A stretch of DNA of 44,227 nt from Bacteroidota bacterium (GCA_016866375.1 VGMK01000001.1:1-44227); one strand, 5' to 3'. Positions 1 to 9,505 are shown, counted from the first letter of the stretch. The notes: generated from the letters alone by a model not told the origin. Numbers and translations are program-made.

Positions 1-35
1 TTTCTATTTTTTTTCGCTTTTTTAAATAGAAGTTT

Positions 36-43
36 TAAATTTG
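36..43 (+). promoter_or_regulatory. Bacteroidota-type -7 promoter box (TAaaTTTG) upstream of tRNA-Gln
   Basis: Exact match to the TAnnTTTG consensus at 36-43, 10 nt upstream of the tRNA 5' end. No clean -33 TTTG was seen. Confidence 0.45.
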
Positions 44-53
44 CACCCCGCAA

Positions 54-129
54 TGGCCCATGGTGTAACTGGCAACACGTCTGATTTTGGTTCAGAAGAG
101 TCTAGGTTCGAGCCCTAGTGGGCCAACCA
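54..129 (+). tRNA. tRNA-Gln, anticodon UUG, with encoded CCA
   Basis: Folded by hand. Perfect 7-bp acceptor stem TGGCCCA/TGGGCCA. D stem GTGT/ACAC. Anticodon stem TCTGA/TCAGA with loop TTTTGGT (anticodon TTG at 87-89). T stem CTAGG/CCTAG with TTCGAGC loop. Discriminator A126, CCA at 127-129. Confidence 0.9.
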
Positions 130-1702
130 AAGCGGGGATTTTGGCTAAAATGTCAAAATCCCCGTTTTTATAAGCCTCTACAAGCTTCGTCAAATAAGGA
201 ATCGTAGAAAAAAGCAAATTTATTCTTGAAGTTCGATAATCGTCTTTTTTTCGATCGTAGAATATTCCTCCCGGAAACACCAAATTCTGTATTCTTTGCT
301 TACTGTTGAAATTTGCATTTTTCCAAGTGGAAGGGAGTTTCAGGGCTAGTTCAAGACACTTTTCAGCTGATTTTTCAATGTTCGATAACTGATTTTGGCT
401 ATCATCCAATTCTGATTCAATTTGTCGAATGTTTTCTCGGAATTTTTCTCGGAATTTATAATAAACTGCTTGATCAATTTCACCCGTAAAAAATCGTTCT
501 TCGGCTCCTTCTAATTTTTGTTTTAACTGTGCTAGTTCTACCTGTAAGGCTTTTTTATCCTCAGATTTGACTTCTGTTCGTTCACTCAATAGATGAAGTA
601 GCATCTTTTTGAAAAGGGGTTTCAGAGCCTTGTCGAATGTGAAACCTTTCAATAAATCTTCGAATTTCAGATGTAAAACCTTTTGGCTGCGATTATTTGC
701 ACAACCCTTTAAATTGCACTTGTAATAGTATAAGCCCCTAGGCTTCACTAAATAACCAGTCATGCTTGTTCCACAACATTCGCATTTCAAAAATTGCTTC
801 ATTGGTAAATCTTCCACCTCTTGTTCAATTTTGTAGCCACTCGTAAACTTTACAAGATTTTGATGAACCTTTAAAAAGGTATTCTTTGAAACAAGAGGAG
901 GATGTTTCCCTTCAATCATTTCACCCGGAACCAATTTAGAAACAATAAACCCACAATAGAATGGATTTGCAAAGAACCGAGACAAGCGCTTGGCGGGAAT
1001 ATTCCAACCACGTGCACTTAATCGTTTGGCTATTTCCACCAAACTAAGGTCGTCATTTGCTTTCCATTCAAAGGCCTTTTTTAGCAATTTGCCTGTATCA
1101 TTGATGATCAACGTGTGTAGGTCGGCAGTTTTTCCTTGGTTAACGTTTGTATAGCCTGTAGGTGGCATAAACGGCCAGTAACCTTGCTTCAATTTTTCGA
1201 TCATTCCGGTCATAGACTTGTCTCTACGTAACTGGTTATCAAATTCACTGAATAGGTGATAGATTCCTTCCATGAAGTTTCCAGAAGGATCATTATGATC
1301 AATTGATTGAGTTACAGAAACGACTTTTACCCCTCGCTTTTTGAGTTCGTGCGAAATAAATGCACCACTTGGACCACTTCTGCTAAAGCGATCATAAGAA
1401 TAGACTATCACAAACCCAATGGACTTTTTGCGCTTTACAAAGCTTAGCATTTTTTGAAACTCCGTTCGTTCGTCGTCTTTTGCACTTTCATACGTGCCAC
1501 CAAAAAAATCAACAACATCTAAACCCTTCTCCTCAGCATATTTTTTACAATGCTTCAGCTGAGTGTCCAAACTCGCATTGTTGTCTGCTTGTTCTTTCGT
1601 GCTGACGCGTGTATATATGACGGCTTCAGTTTTAGCAACCTGACGCAATTCATCGCCTTTGGAAAATCGTTTAAATCTTATGTCTACTTGCATATTGCTC
1701 AA
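92..1702 (-). CDS. Large serine recombinase (resolvase-type catalytic domain, recombinase domain, zinc ribbon, coiled coil)
   Basis: N-terminal AVIYTRVSTKEQ catalytic-serine motif and YDRFSR. Cys-rich ribbon CECCGTSMTGY...YYYKCNLKGC. C-terminal coiled coil (ELAQLKQKLEGAEE). The last ~12 codons are antisense to the tRNA-Gln T-arm and acceptor. Confidence 0.9.
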   Translation of the reverse strand: MSNMQVDIRFKRFSKGDELRQVAKTEAVIYTRVSTKEQADNNASLDTQLKHCKKYAEEKGLDVVDFFGGTYESAKDDERTEFQKMLSFVKRKKSIGFVIVYSYDRFSRSGPSGAFISHELKKRGVKVVSVTQSIDHNDPSGNFMEGIYHLFSEFDNQLRRDKSMTGMIEKLKQGYWPFMPPTGYTNVNQGKTADLHTLIINDTGKLLKKAFEWKANDDLSLVEIAKRLSARGWNIPAKRLSRFFANPFYCGFIVSKLVPGEMIEGKHPPLVSKNTFLKVHQNLVKFTSGYKIEQEVEDLPMKQFLKCECCGTSMTGYLVKPRGLYYYKCNLKGCANNRSQKVLHLKFEDLLKGFTFDKALKPLFKKMLLHLLSERTEVKSEDKKALQVELAQLKQKLEGAEERFFTGEIDQAVYYKFREKFRENIRQIESELDDSQNQLSNIEKSAEKCLELALKLPSTWKNANFNSKQRIQNLVFPGGIFYDRKKDDYRTSRINLLFSTIPYLTKLVEAYKNGDFDILAKIPALVGPLGLEPRLF

Positions 1703-1897
1703 TTACTATTAAACAAAGTTCTTCCATCTGTTCCAACAGAAGTTGTGCAATTTCATCCGAAATCTTTCCTTCTGTTAATGTTTGTAAGTCCTTTACTGTT
1801 GGTTTTTCAAATTTTCGTATTTTTTTAATCAAACTTTAATTCACAGGTGTTTCCGGTCCGGGTTTCGGTTACGGGAAACGGGTTTTCAATGGTCCAT

Positions 1898-2824
1898 TTA
1901 TTTGGTGCCCTCATTTATTTTCATCAGAATTTTATTCTCAAAATCAACGATCTTGCCTTTTTGTGTTTTCAAGGAAATCATTTGGTAGCCATTTTTTGCA
2001 ATTACATCAAAAAATCTATGTTCAAGGGTTATGTTACTTTTTTCAACAATTTCCAAAAGGTCAGGTTCACCATTCTTGAAGCGAATGGTGATGGATGTGG
2101 CATCGTTTTTTCGAATATATTCTAAAATTTTTAATTCTGTCTTGGTCAACAAAGATGATTTTGATAACAACGACTCTGGTGACCATTCGTTGATTAAACT
2201 TCGGTAAGCTTCAGCGAAGCTTAGACAGAAATAGGGCTTTGAAACGAACGCTGCAAATTCCTCTTCCGTGGTGAGGTACTCATTATGTTTTGATGCCTCA
2301 TAGATAATATATTCACCGTCTTTATTCACAATGCAATGAAACCTTTTACGATATATAATTGTTGCCATTACAGCAGAGTCAAATATTGGTGGTCCGTCCT
2401 TATCAAATTGACTTATTAATTCTTCTGGGCTCATAGGCGAATCCATTTTCGAATTCAATTTGTCTAGAATTTGCTTTAGAAATTGCGGATCTAGCTCGTT
2501 TAAATCGACTTTTGGTTCGAGAAGGTTATTTTTTAGTTCCTTAATCGTACCGAGACTAATGCCCAAAGAGCGCATTTGCTGGATCAGCTTAATCCAGATG
2601 CTTTGAGCAAGGGTGTATTTCCGACGTAGACCTGGTCCTTTAATTTTGGGAAGTATTTCTTGCTTGTCCCAATAGGTTGCATCTCGGGGTGCAATCTTTA
2701 GGTCATTGATGCTGTATCTCGCTTGATTCATGGATTCTGCCAATTGTGGAAATTCTTCCGTTAGCACTGCTTCGGAAAGAAAATTGAATTCATCGGTGGA
2801 CAATATTTTTTTTTCTACATTCAT
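1898..2824 (-). CDS. MerR-like HTH domain protein with an uncharacterised C-terminal domain
   Basis: N-terminal YSINDLKIAPRDATYWDKQEILP...RRKYTLAQSIWIKLIQQMRSLGISLGTIKEL follows the MerR-family HTH pattern. The rest was not recognised. Confidence 0.5.
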   Translation of the reverse strand: MNVEKKILSTDEFNFLSEAVLTEEFPQLAESMNQARYSINDLKIAPRDATYWDKQEILPKIKGPGLRRKYTLAQSIWIKLIQQMRSLGISLGTIKELKNNLLEPKVDLNELDPQFLKQILDKLNSKMDSPMSPEELISQFDKDGPPIFDSAVMATIIYRKRFHCIVNKDGEYIIYEASKHNEYLTTEEEFAAFVSKPYFCLSFAEAYRSLINEWSPESLLSKSSLLTKTELKILEYIRKNDATSITIRFKNGEPDLLEIVEKSNITLEHRFFDVIAKNGYQMISLKTQKGKIVDFENKILMKINEGTK

Positions 2825-2826
2825 AA

Positions 2827-2856
2827 TTGACAGTATTGTAAATTAATATATCTTTG
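2827..2856 (+). promoter_or_regulatory. Bacteroidota-type promoter (TTG at -33, TAtcTTTG at -7) for the 2883 gene
   Basis: TTG at 2827-2829 and an exact TAnnTTTG at 2849-2856, spaced 19 bp apart, 26 nt upstream of the ATG at 2883. Confidence 0.5.
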
Positions 2857-2882
2857 CAAAAGAACGAAATATTTTTAAAATT

Positions 2883-3305
2883 ATGAAACAAAAAGAAAAA
2901 AAACAAGAAAATCCCTCTCCACTAGCGCTTAGGATTTGCGATTGTGGTTGCGGTATTGAGTTCCAGCCTAAAAGGGCGGACCAATTTCACCTTAACTCAA
3001 ATCATTATGATTTTGCTTACAATCATGGCCCGCGTAAAGAAAAGTATGCTGAAGAGAGAAAGGTAACTAAAGCGATTCGAAAAAACGATCGCATCCTAGA
3101 AAAGTATTTTCGGATGTTCAAGAAGGATGTATTTCAATTGCACCTTTTAATTGTTGAGGCGGATGGTTTCAACGAAGGAATGTTCACAAGGGTAATTGAA
3201 ATACCTGTTCAAAGTGTTAGCAAACACTTTCATGTTATATTGAAATACTGCTTCAGAATCATCAAACAAGGAAATATTAATTACATCGAAATACGTAAAT
3301 TATGA
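2883..3305 (+). CDS. Hypothetical protein with an N-terminal Cys cluster (CDCGCG)
   Basis: 140-aa ORF divergent from the MerR-like gene. Possible zinc-ribbon-like CDCGCGIEF...H..NSNH. ATGA overlap with the next ORF. Confidence 0.5.
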   Translation: MKQKEKKQENPSPLALRICDCGCGIEFQPKRADQFHLNSNHYDFAYNHGPRKEKYAEERKVTKAIRKNDRILEKYFRMFKKDVFQLHLLIVEADGFNEGMFTRVIEIPVQSVSKHFHVILKYCFRIIKQGNINYIEIRKL

Positions 3306-3517
3306 TAGATACATTTCGAACAGTTCCGGCTTCGGAGCTTTTTGCCACGGAGATTGGCATTAGCGGAGCGCAACTCCCAACAAATGGCCCAGGAAGAAAA
3401 AATCCTTTGATCAAATATATTTTTGTCGGCGGTATTATTATTGGGGCCTTTATCTTGGCTTACCATCTACAGAATTCAGCGCCACCAAAAATTAAAAAAA
3501 GAGAAAATGATGAATGA
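3302..3517 (+). CDS. Small membrane protein
   Basis: ATGA start/stop overlap with the upstream gene. One hydrophobic helix (YIFVGGIIIGAFILAY). Confidence 0.4.
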   Translation: MIDTFRTVPASELFATEIGISGAQLPTNGPGRKNPLIKYIFVGGIIIGAFILAYHLQNSAPPKIKKRENDE

Positions 3518-3674
3518 ACACACGAAAACTTCAAAGCCTTCAAAAACAGTCTTAACGCCAACCCATAAGGCAATAAAAACTACCGCAACAGCCATTCTTT
3601 TCATTGCGGGAACTTGGCTTATACTAAAAATAAGTAAGGAAATGTTGAAGGAATTGGAGGGTATGGGGTTGTAG
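3507..3674 (+). CDS. Small membrane protein (start moved to the internal Met)
   Basis: MMNEHTKTSK... with one TM helix (ATAILFIAGTWLILKI). Overlaps the previous stop by 11 nt. Confidence 0.35.
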   Translation: MMNEHTKTSKPSKTVLTPTHKAIKTTATAILFIAGTWLILKISKEMLKELEGMGL

Positions 3675-3692
3675 CTTTCAAAATACAACCCC
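3665..3692. other. Perfect 9-bp inverted repeat (hairpin) spanning the stop codon
   Basis: GGGGTTGTA (3665-3673) and TACAACCCC (3684-3692) with a 10-nt loop. It is followed by an A-run rather than a T-run, so it is not a canonical intrinsic terminator. Confidence 0.35.
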
Positions 3693-3847
3693 AAAAAAAG
3701 ACCTTTATGAACTAAAAATTCAGGTAAACGATTTAAAGCCTATTCAGCGGTTTATGAGGGGGATTGAAGTTGATGTTAATACAAAGTAATATCGTGTATA
3801 AATCCAACTTTTCTTTATATCTTCATGCCCTACTACAAAAACTATTC

Positions 3848-4036
3848 ATGAACAGGATCAAAGAAGTACTTCAGCAAAAAGGCATAAAGCAAACCTGGTT
3901 GGCTGAGAAGTTGGGCAAAAGCTTCAATATTGTTAATGATTATTGCAATAATCGGAGACAACCAAGTATTGAAACTTTATTCAAAATTTCAGAATTAATG
4001 AATGTTAATGTCAGAGAATTGCTAAATGAAAAATAA
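3848..4036 (+). CDS. XRE-family HTH protein, positioned like an R-M controller (C) protein
   Basis: MNRIKEVLQQKGIKQTWLAEKLGKSFNIVNDYCNNRRQPSIETLFKISELMNVNVRELL is a typical Cro/C1 HTH. It overlaps the methyltransferase start by 11 nt. The ORF-track start at 3764 is a non-ATG extension. Confidence 0.75.
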   Translation: MNRIKEVLQQKGIKQTWLAEKLGKSFNIVNDYCNNRRQPSIETLFKISELMNVNVRELLNEK

Positions 4037-5348
4037 TAATAAAGTGAGATTTATTGATTTGTTTGCTGGTTTAGGAGGGATCAGGATTGGTTTTGAACAA
4101 GCTGCTTTAGAAACTGGTTTTAAAGCAGAGTGTGTATTTACCTCTGAAATAAAAACTTCTGCAATAGCAGCACTTCAAAATAATTTTGAGCATCATGATT
4201 TGGCAGGTGATATAACCAAGATACATGCTAATCAAATTCCAGATTTTGATGTTTTGCTCGCAGGTTTTCCATGCCAAGCTTTCAGCGTTGCAGGCAAACA
4301 AAAAGGTTTTGTCGACACAAGAGGGACTTTGTTTTTTGACATCGAGAGGATTCTAGAAGAAAAAAAACCTCATGGTTTTATATTAGAGAATGTTGAAGGC
4401 TTAGTTTTACATGATAGGTTAAATAAATCTGATAAAATTGGTCAAACACTTGAAACAATTTTGAATTCATTAAAAAAGAAATATAAAGTCAACTATAGGG
4501 TTTTAGACTCCAAGGAATTTGGTGTTCCTCAATCCAGAAGAAGAATCTTTATTGTTGGAACGAGAAAAAAAATAATTAATCTGGAAAATTTTGATAAACA
4601 CATAAATACAGTTGGAACAATCTTAGAAAATGATGTAGAATTCTCAAACACAAAATTCAGCAAATTGTTACTGAAATACTATAAGCCTGAAGAGCTGGAG
4701 GGTAAATTCATCAAAGATAAACGTGGAGGTTCAAAAAATATTCATAGTTGGGATATTGAAGCAAAAGGAAAAGTATCTAACGTTCAAAAAGAACTTTTGA
4801 ATAGGCTTTTTAAAGAGCGTAGAAAGAAGCATTGGGCTACAAAAATAGGCATTGATTGGATGGACGGTATGCCTTTAACACACGATCAAATCGGTTCTTT
4901 TTTTAATCATAAAGATTTGCATAAATTTTTGGATGACTTGGTTGAAAAAGGGTATTTAACGTTAGAACACCCAAAGAAAAAAATTCTCACGAATGATGCT
5001 CCACCCGTATTCGACCGAGTCCCTGACACTACTAAACCTAAGGGATATAATATAACCTCTGGTAAACTAAGTTTTGAATACAGTCATTTTTTAAATCCAA
5101 ATGCAATAGCTCCGACTCTAGTTGCTATGGATATGGACACAATAGGTGTTGTTGGAGAAAAAGGTATAAGAAAGCTAACAATACGTGAAGGTCTTCGTCT
5201 TTTTGGTTTTCCTGACACATACAATTTAGACTTTTTATGTGATTCAGAATTAAATAAAAGAAAAGCATATGATTTACTGGGTAATTCAGTATGTGTACCT
5301 GTTGTAAAGGCAGTATCGAAAAGGTTATTAGAAAATCTTGAATTATGA
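4026..5348 (+). CDS. DNA (cytosine-5)-methyltransferase
   Basis: Motif I FIDLFAGLGG. Motif IV GFPCQAFS. Motif VI ILENVEGL. Motif VIII QSRRRIFIVG. Motif X GNSVCVPV. A long variable target-recognition region lies between VIII and X. Confidence 0.95.
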   Translation: MKNNNKVRFIDLFAGLGGIRIGFEQAALETGFKAECVFTSEIKTSAIAALQNNFEHHDLAGDITKIHANQIPDFDVLLAGFPCQAFSVAGKQKGFVDTRGTLFFDIERILEEKKPHGFILENVEGLVLHDRLNKSDKIGQTLETILNSLKKKYKVNYRVLDSKEFGVPQSRRRIFIVGTRKKIINLENFDKHINTVGTILENDVEFSNTKFSKLLLKYYKPEELEGKFIKDKRGGSKNIHSWDIEAKGKVSNVQKELLNRLFKERRKKHWATKIGIDWMDGMPLTHDQIGSFFNHKDLHKFLDDLVEKGYLTLEHPKKKILTNDAPPVFDRVPDTTKPKGYNITSGKLSFEYSHFLNPNAIAPTLVAMDMDTIGVVGEKGIRKLTIREGLRLFGFPDTYNLDFLCDSELNKRKAYDLLGNSVCVPVVKAVSKRLLENLEL

Positions 5349-6256
5349 CCCCTGAAAAATTAAAATTCGAAGAATTATTGGCAACAACAACAATGTTTTT
5401 CGTAGAGAACGAGATAGAACAAAAATATTCTGATCGAATAGAATTAATTGTTTCTGATCTTAGAACAAAATTATCTCAAGTCAATAATGTAGAAGGATTA
5501 AAGAACTACATCCGTGAAGATAAAAAAGCTTTAGATAACCTACTTTGCCTTTTAAATATTTCAACAGAAAAGTTCAAACGCATTATTACTCTTTTGCGAC
5601 TAAATAAAAAATACACAATGTCAACAGAATGGTCACTTTCAAAAACCAGAAATTACATGGTGGAAAATGAGGCTTTTTTGAATGAAGTAACTGAATTGAT
5701 ATTAAATGGCGCAAATAACCCAAAATTCGAAGCGATTATTCCAAAATTTTATCTTGATAACTTCAAAATTGATATTGATGTAATATCCAGACTATCTAAC
5801 AAAGATGATTTGATTCGACTTGTAAAAGGTAATATCGAGACAAGTTACAACAATGATATTAGTCTAGCATACTCAAAGAGAATTATCGATTATCTAATCA
5901 AAATTTGTGAAAAAAATGGTCTTGATTATCAAGTAAAACCAGAAGTAAAATTTATAAATCGCGAGCCTTCTTTTACAATTCTCCATAACAATGCGATAAA
6001 AGGTATTATTGATATTTCATACATGATCACTACTTCCAGTTCTCAAACCCAATATGCGCGAAGAATTAAAGAAACATTTGAAATCCAAAAATCATATAAT
6101 GATTCACTCAACGAGTTTATTTATGTAATGATAATCGATGGTGCTGGCTGGTTTGGAAGACAATCTGATTTTCGATCTATTCACAAAACTTCAAGCCAAA
6201 TTTTAAATCTTAACACACTAGAAAGATTGGAAAAAATAATTAAAAATATAAACTAA
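5345..6256 (+). CDS. Candidate cognate type II restriction endonuclease (DpnII/MboI-like pattern)
   Basis: ATGA-coupled to the methyltransferase. IDISYMITTSSSQTQYARRIKE and the C-terminal VMIIDGAGWFGR...LNLNTLE resemble, from memory, the DpnII-family core and its C-terminal DGxGW motif. Not verified by search. Confidence 0.4.
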   Translation: MTPEKLKFEELLATTTMFFVENEIEQKYSDRIELIVSDLRTKLSQVNNVEGLKNYIREDKKALDNLLCLLNISTEKFKRIITLLRLNKKYTMSTEWSLSKTRNYMVENEAFLNEVTELILNGANNPKFEAIIPKFYLDNFKIDIDVISRLSNKDDLIRLVKGNIETSYNNDISLAYSKRIIDYLIKICEKNGLDYQVKPEVKFINREPSFTILHNNAIKGIIDISYMITTSSSQTQYARRIKETFEIQKSYNDSLNEFIYVMIIDGAGWFGRQSDFRSIHKTSSQILNLNTLERLEKIIKNIN

Positions 6257-6261
6257 AAACT

Positions 6262-7551
6262 ATGACATCTGAAGAAAGAAAACAATTACTATCCGAAATT
6301 CAAAAAAAACATGAACCTTATACTACTGGCGTTCCTTTGGTTTTTCATGGAGAAAGAAAACAATTCAATGTTTATAGGATTCCACTTGATATTTTGACAT
6401 ACAATCCCTATAATGGACGAATTGGAAGTGTTGTTAAATCTTTTGAGAGACAAAATCATACTTTGGATGCCAACAATCCTGAAGACATTAAGATTATTGA
6501 GGATTTTTTATGGAAATCCAAGGAGACTGCCAACAAAAAAACTATAGAAAGTCTACTCAATGATCATCAACAAAAGTTCGGAATTGTAACAGCCGATGGA
6601 AAAATAATTGACGGGAATCGAAGGGCAAGTCTCTTAAACAAAATTTGGAATGACAATAGCATTGATGTCAATAAGAAACAACATTGTCAATATTTTTACG
6701 CAATTATACTTCCAACAGATGCTGATAAAAAGGAAATTCTTAGGCTCGAGACCACTTATCAAATGGGTGAAGATGCTAAAGTGGATTACAATCCTATAGA
6801 AAAGTATTTAAAATGTGGGGATTTAGATGCTGAAGGATTTACTGTTGATGAAATTGCTTCATTTATGGGTATTAACAAAGCAGAGGTCCAAACTCAACTT
6901 AGAGTTCTTAATTTAATGAATGATTATTTGGAATACTGTGGATATGATGGAATGTACACTCAACTAGGTAATAATGAAGACTCATTTATAAAATTAGAGT
7001 CTGCATTGAAAAAATATAAAGCGGGTGGTGTTACAAGTATGTGGGATTACGAACCAGACACCGATGTAACAGATTTAAAATCTTGTGCTTTCGATTACAT
7101 TAGGCTTGGATTTCATCAGGATGATTTTAGAGATATAATACGTACTCCTAAAACCTCATCTTCCAGCTTTTTTGCTTCAAAAGAAATTTGGGAGTCATTT
7201 AGAGATAAACATTTTTCAATTGTTGAGGAGATCCAAGAAACACCTGTTGATAACCTGATAAAAGAAAATCCATTAGCTGATGTAAGTCGTTTGTTAAAAA
7301 TGAGAGATAATGAATGGCGAGAAAAAGTCAAAGATAATCTTAATAGAAACTATGAAGAACATCACGATAAATTATCAAACAAGCAAGAATCAAATGAACC
7401 ACTAAGATTGTTAAACAAGGCTTTGGATGCTTTATTAAATATCAATAACAAATCGTTAAAATCTATTCCTTTTAATGAAGTAAATTCAAGAATTTATAGC
7501 ATTGAATCTAAACTAGATGAATTAAAGAATAGTATGTCTGGTAATGAGTAG
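6262..7551 (+). CDS. ParB/Srx-fold (ParB-like nuclease domain) protein with a long helical C-terminus
   Basis: YRIPLDILTYNPYNGRI plus IVTADGKIIDGNRRASLL match the two ParB N-terminal-domain boxes. Starts 5 nt after the previous stop. Confidence 0.65.
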   Translation: MTSEERKQLLSEIQKKHEPYTTGVPLVFHGERKQFNVYRIPLDILTYNPYNGRIGSVVKSFERQNHTLDANNPEDIKIIEDFLWKSKETANKKTIESLLNDHQQKFGIVTADGKIIDGNRRASLLNKIWNDNSIDVNKKQHCQYFYAIILPTDADKKEILRLETTYQMGEDAKVDYNPIEKYLKCGDLDAEGFTVDEIASFMGINKAEVQTQLRVLNLMNDYLEYCGYDGMYTQLGNNEDSFIKLESALKKYKAGGVTSMWDYEPDTDVTDLKSCAFDYIRLGFHQDDFRDIIRTPKTSSSSFFASKEIWESFRDKHFSIVEEIQETPVDNLIKENPLADVSRLLKMRDNEWREKVKDNLNRNYEEHHDKLSNKQESNEPLRLLNKALDALLNINNKSLKSIPFNEVNSRIYSIESKLDELKNSMSGNE

Positions 7552-9505
7552 CCATAATAGTATCATATTTAGTCATGATGAATCAACAAACGAAATTGTT
7601 GTAGATGGTTCATTTGAAAAACTTTTATCAAATAAAAGATCCAAACTATTTCTAAAAGAATATCTGGATTTTACTATTGATGAAACCTGTATTCGCGTTA
7701 AAATCAGAGAAGAATTAAATAAAACTATCGAGCTTCTAAAAAAGGCAGCTTCCTATACAGACTTAGCTTTGGAGTTTAGTTCGAATGTGTCTTATGAAAT
7801 AAATTCCTATTTAAATCAAGAAAAACAGTTTGAAATATACGCAAACAAAGCGTTAAAGATTAGAAATAATGATTGTGATTTAGAAGACTTTCAAAATTTC
7901 CGAAAATCTGTTGAAAAGAAATTAACCGGAAGAGTTTTGTATCCATTACAGTTTTTATCGGCTTATCATTTGGCGTTCGCACAAAATGCATGTAATTTTT
8001 CTGTACCTGGTGCTGGTAAAACTAGCATTGTATATGGAGCTTTCTCATATTTATCATCACTAAATGAGGATCATCCAAAAAAAGTTGATCGATTAATAAT
8101 TCTAGGACCTTTGAGTTCTTTCGGCCCATGGGAGAATGAATTTGAAGAATGTTTTGAAAGAAAACCAACAAGTATCCGATTATCAGGAGGTATACCTCTT
8201 GAACAAAAAAAACAATTGTTGTATACTTCAACACCTCCAGAAATAGTTCTGCTTTCATATGCATCTTTAATTTCAATAAAAGAGGAATTGAAGTATTATC
8301 TATCACGTAACAGATGTATGGTAGTGCTTGATGAAGCACATAAAATTAAAAATGTAAATGATGGAATAATCGCTCAGTCAGCATTAGAAATTGCTTCATT
8401 ATGTCAATCTAGGGTAATATTGACAGGGACACCAGCGCCCAACGGATATGAGGATTTAAACAACCTTTTTAGATTTATTTGGCCATCTAAAAAAATCATC
8501 AAATTTAACAGTGGTCAGTTAAAGGATATGTCAAGAAATCAAAATGATTCAAGAGTTGAATTATTAATTGATTCAATTTCACCTTTCTTCATTAGAATCA
8601 AAAAAAGTGACCTGAATATTCCAGCAGCAAATGAAAATTCTCCTGTATTTTTTGAAATGTCAGCATCACAAAGACGTCTCTATGATATTATTGAAAAGAA
8701 ATTTGTTAACGAACTCAGTAATGTCCAGGAAAAATCAATCTACAATTCTCTCGCTAGAGCTCGAATGATAAGATTAATGCAGGTTGCTTCAAATCCTCGC
8801 CTTCTGCGAGAACCATTATCTCAAATGGATGATTTTGAATTAAATTCAGAATTTCTAGATGATTCAATTTTTTTAAATGATATTAAGGATTTATATAGCG
8901 ATTCGATACCCACTAAATTTACTGAAACTGGAAAAATTGTAAAAAAAATTATCGATCAAAATGAAAAAATAATAATCTGGTGCTGTTTCACAAAAAGTAT
9001 CTCAGGTCTTAGCGAATACTTAAAATCAATTGGGATTGAAAGCCGTGTATTGCAAGGGAGTACACCTATTGAAAGAGAAGCACAGAATGATTCAAGCTAC
9101 GAGGAAGAAACTAGGGAATCAATAATTCGTGATTTTCATAAACCAGATTCAAGTTTTAAGGTTATTCTAGCTAATTCTTTCGCAGTTTCAGAATCTATTT
9201 CACTTCATAAAGTTTGCCATAATGCTCTTTATTTTGAAAGATCCTTTAATGCATCTCACTACATTCAGTCAAAAGATAGAATACACCGATATGGACTGCC
9301 AGCTGATACAATAACAAACTATTATTATTTATTAGCTTCTAATTCAATCGAAGAAACTATACATCAGAGGTTATTTGAAAAGGAACAGCGATTGTTAGAG
9401 ATTATAGAGAGTATGCCTATTCCGTTGTTTAACGTTGTAGAAGAACAAGATTCTGATATCAATGCCATTTTAAGAGACTATGCTAGAAGAACTAAAGCAG
9501 TTTAA
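7544..9505 (+). CDS. SNF2-family helicase/translocase
   Basis: Motif I VPGAGKTS. Motif II VVLDEAHKIKN. Motif III ILTGTPAPNG. Motif VI QSKDRIHRYGL. 8-nt overlap with the ParB-like gene. Confidence 0.9.
   Translation: MSSHNSIIFSHDESTNEIVVDGSFEKLLSNKRSKLFLKEYLDFTIDETCIRVKIREELNKTIELLKKAASYTDLALEFSSNVSYEINSYLNQEKQFEIYANKALKIRNNDCDLEDFQNFRKSVEKKLTGRVLYPLQFLSAYHLAFAQNACNFSVPGAGKTSIVYGAFSYLSSLNEDHPKKVDRLIILGPLSSFGPWENEFEECFERKPTSIRLSGGIPLEQKKQLLYTSTPPEIVLLSYASLISIKEELKYYLSRNRCMVVLDEAHKIKNVNDGIIAQSALEIASLCQSRVILTGTPAPNGYEDLNNLFRFIWPSKKIIKFNSGQLKDMSRNQNDSRVELLIDSISPFFIRIKKSDLNIPAANENSPVFFEMSASQRRLYDIIEKKFVNELSNVQEKSIYNSLARARMIRLMQVASNPRLLREPLSQMDDFELNSEFLDDSIFLNDIKDLYSDSIPTKFTETGKIVKKIIDQNEKIIIWCCFTKSISGLSEYLKSIGIESRVLQGSTPIEREAQNDSSYEEETRESIIRDFHKPDSSFKVILANSFAVSESISLHKVCHNALYFERSFNASHYIQSKDRIHRYGLPADTITNYYYLLASNSIEETIHQRLFEKEQRLLEIIESMPIPLFNVVEEQDSDINAILRDYARRTKAV

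Larger units (their letters stand above)
54..2824. mobile_element. Integration module at one edge of a putative genomic island (tRNA target, serine recombinase, MerR-like regulator)
   Basis: The recombinase gene abuts and overlaps the tRNA-Gln 3' half. Everything downstream is accessory-type cargo. The other island boundary was not identified. Confidence 0.45.

Noticed and set aside
1845-1895. Unusually G+C-rich stretch (gtttccggtccgggtttcggttacgggaaacgggtttt) between the recombinase and MerR-like genes. Considered as a terminator or att-like site.
   Set aside because: Only short stems (GTTTCC/GGAAAC with a ~20-nt loop, GTTTC/GAAAC) can be drawn, and there is no adjoining T-tract on either strand. 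The evidence is too weak to assign a function.
1550-2125. Plus-strand ORFs 1550-1828 and 1847-2125.
   Set aside because: They are antisense overlaps of the recombinase and MerR-like genes, with low-complexity Phe/Leu-rich translations typical of AT-rich antisense frames.
3764-3847. N-terminal extension of the HTH gene in the ORF track (non-ATG start, MKLMLIQSNIVYK...).
   Set aside because: The HTH domain begins right after the ATG at 3848, and the extension is hydrophobic and low-complexity. The shorter 62-aa form matches typical C-protein/XRE sizes.
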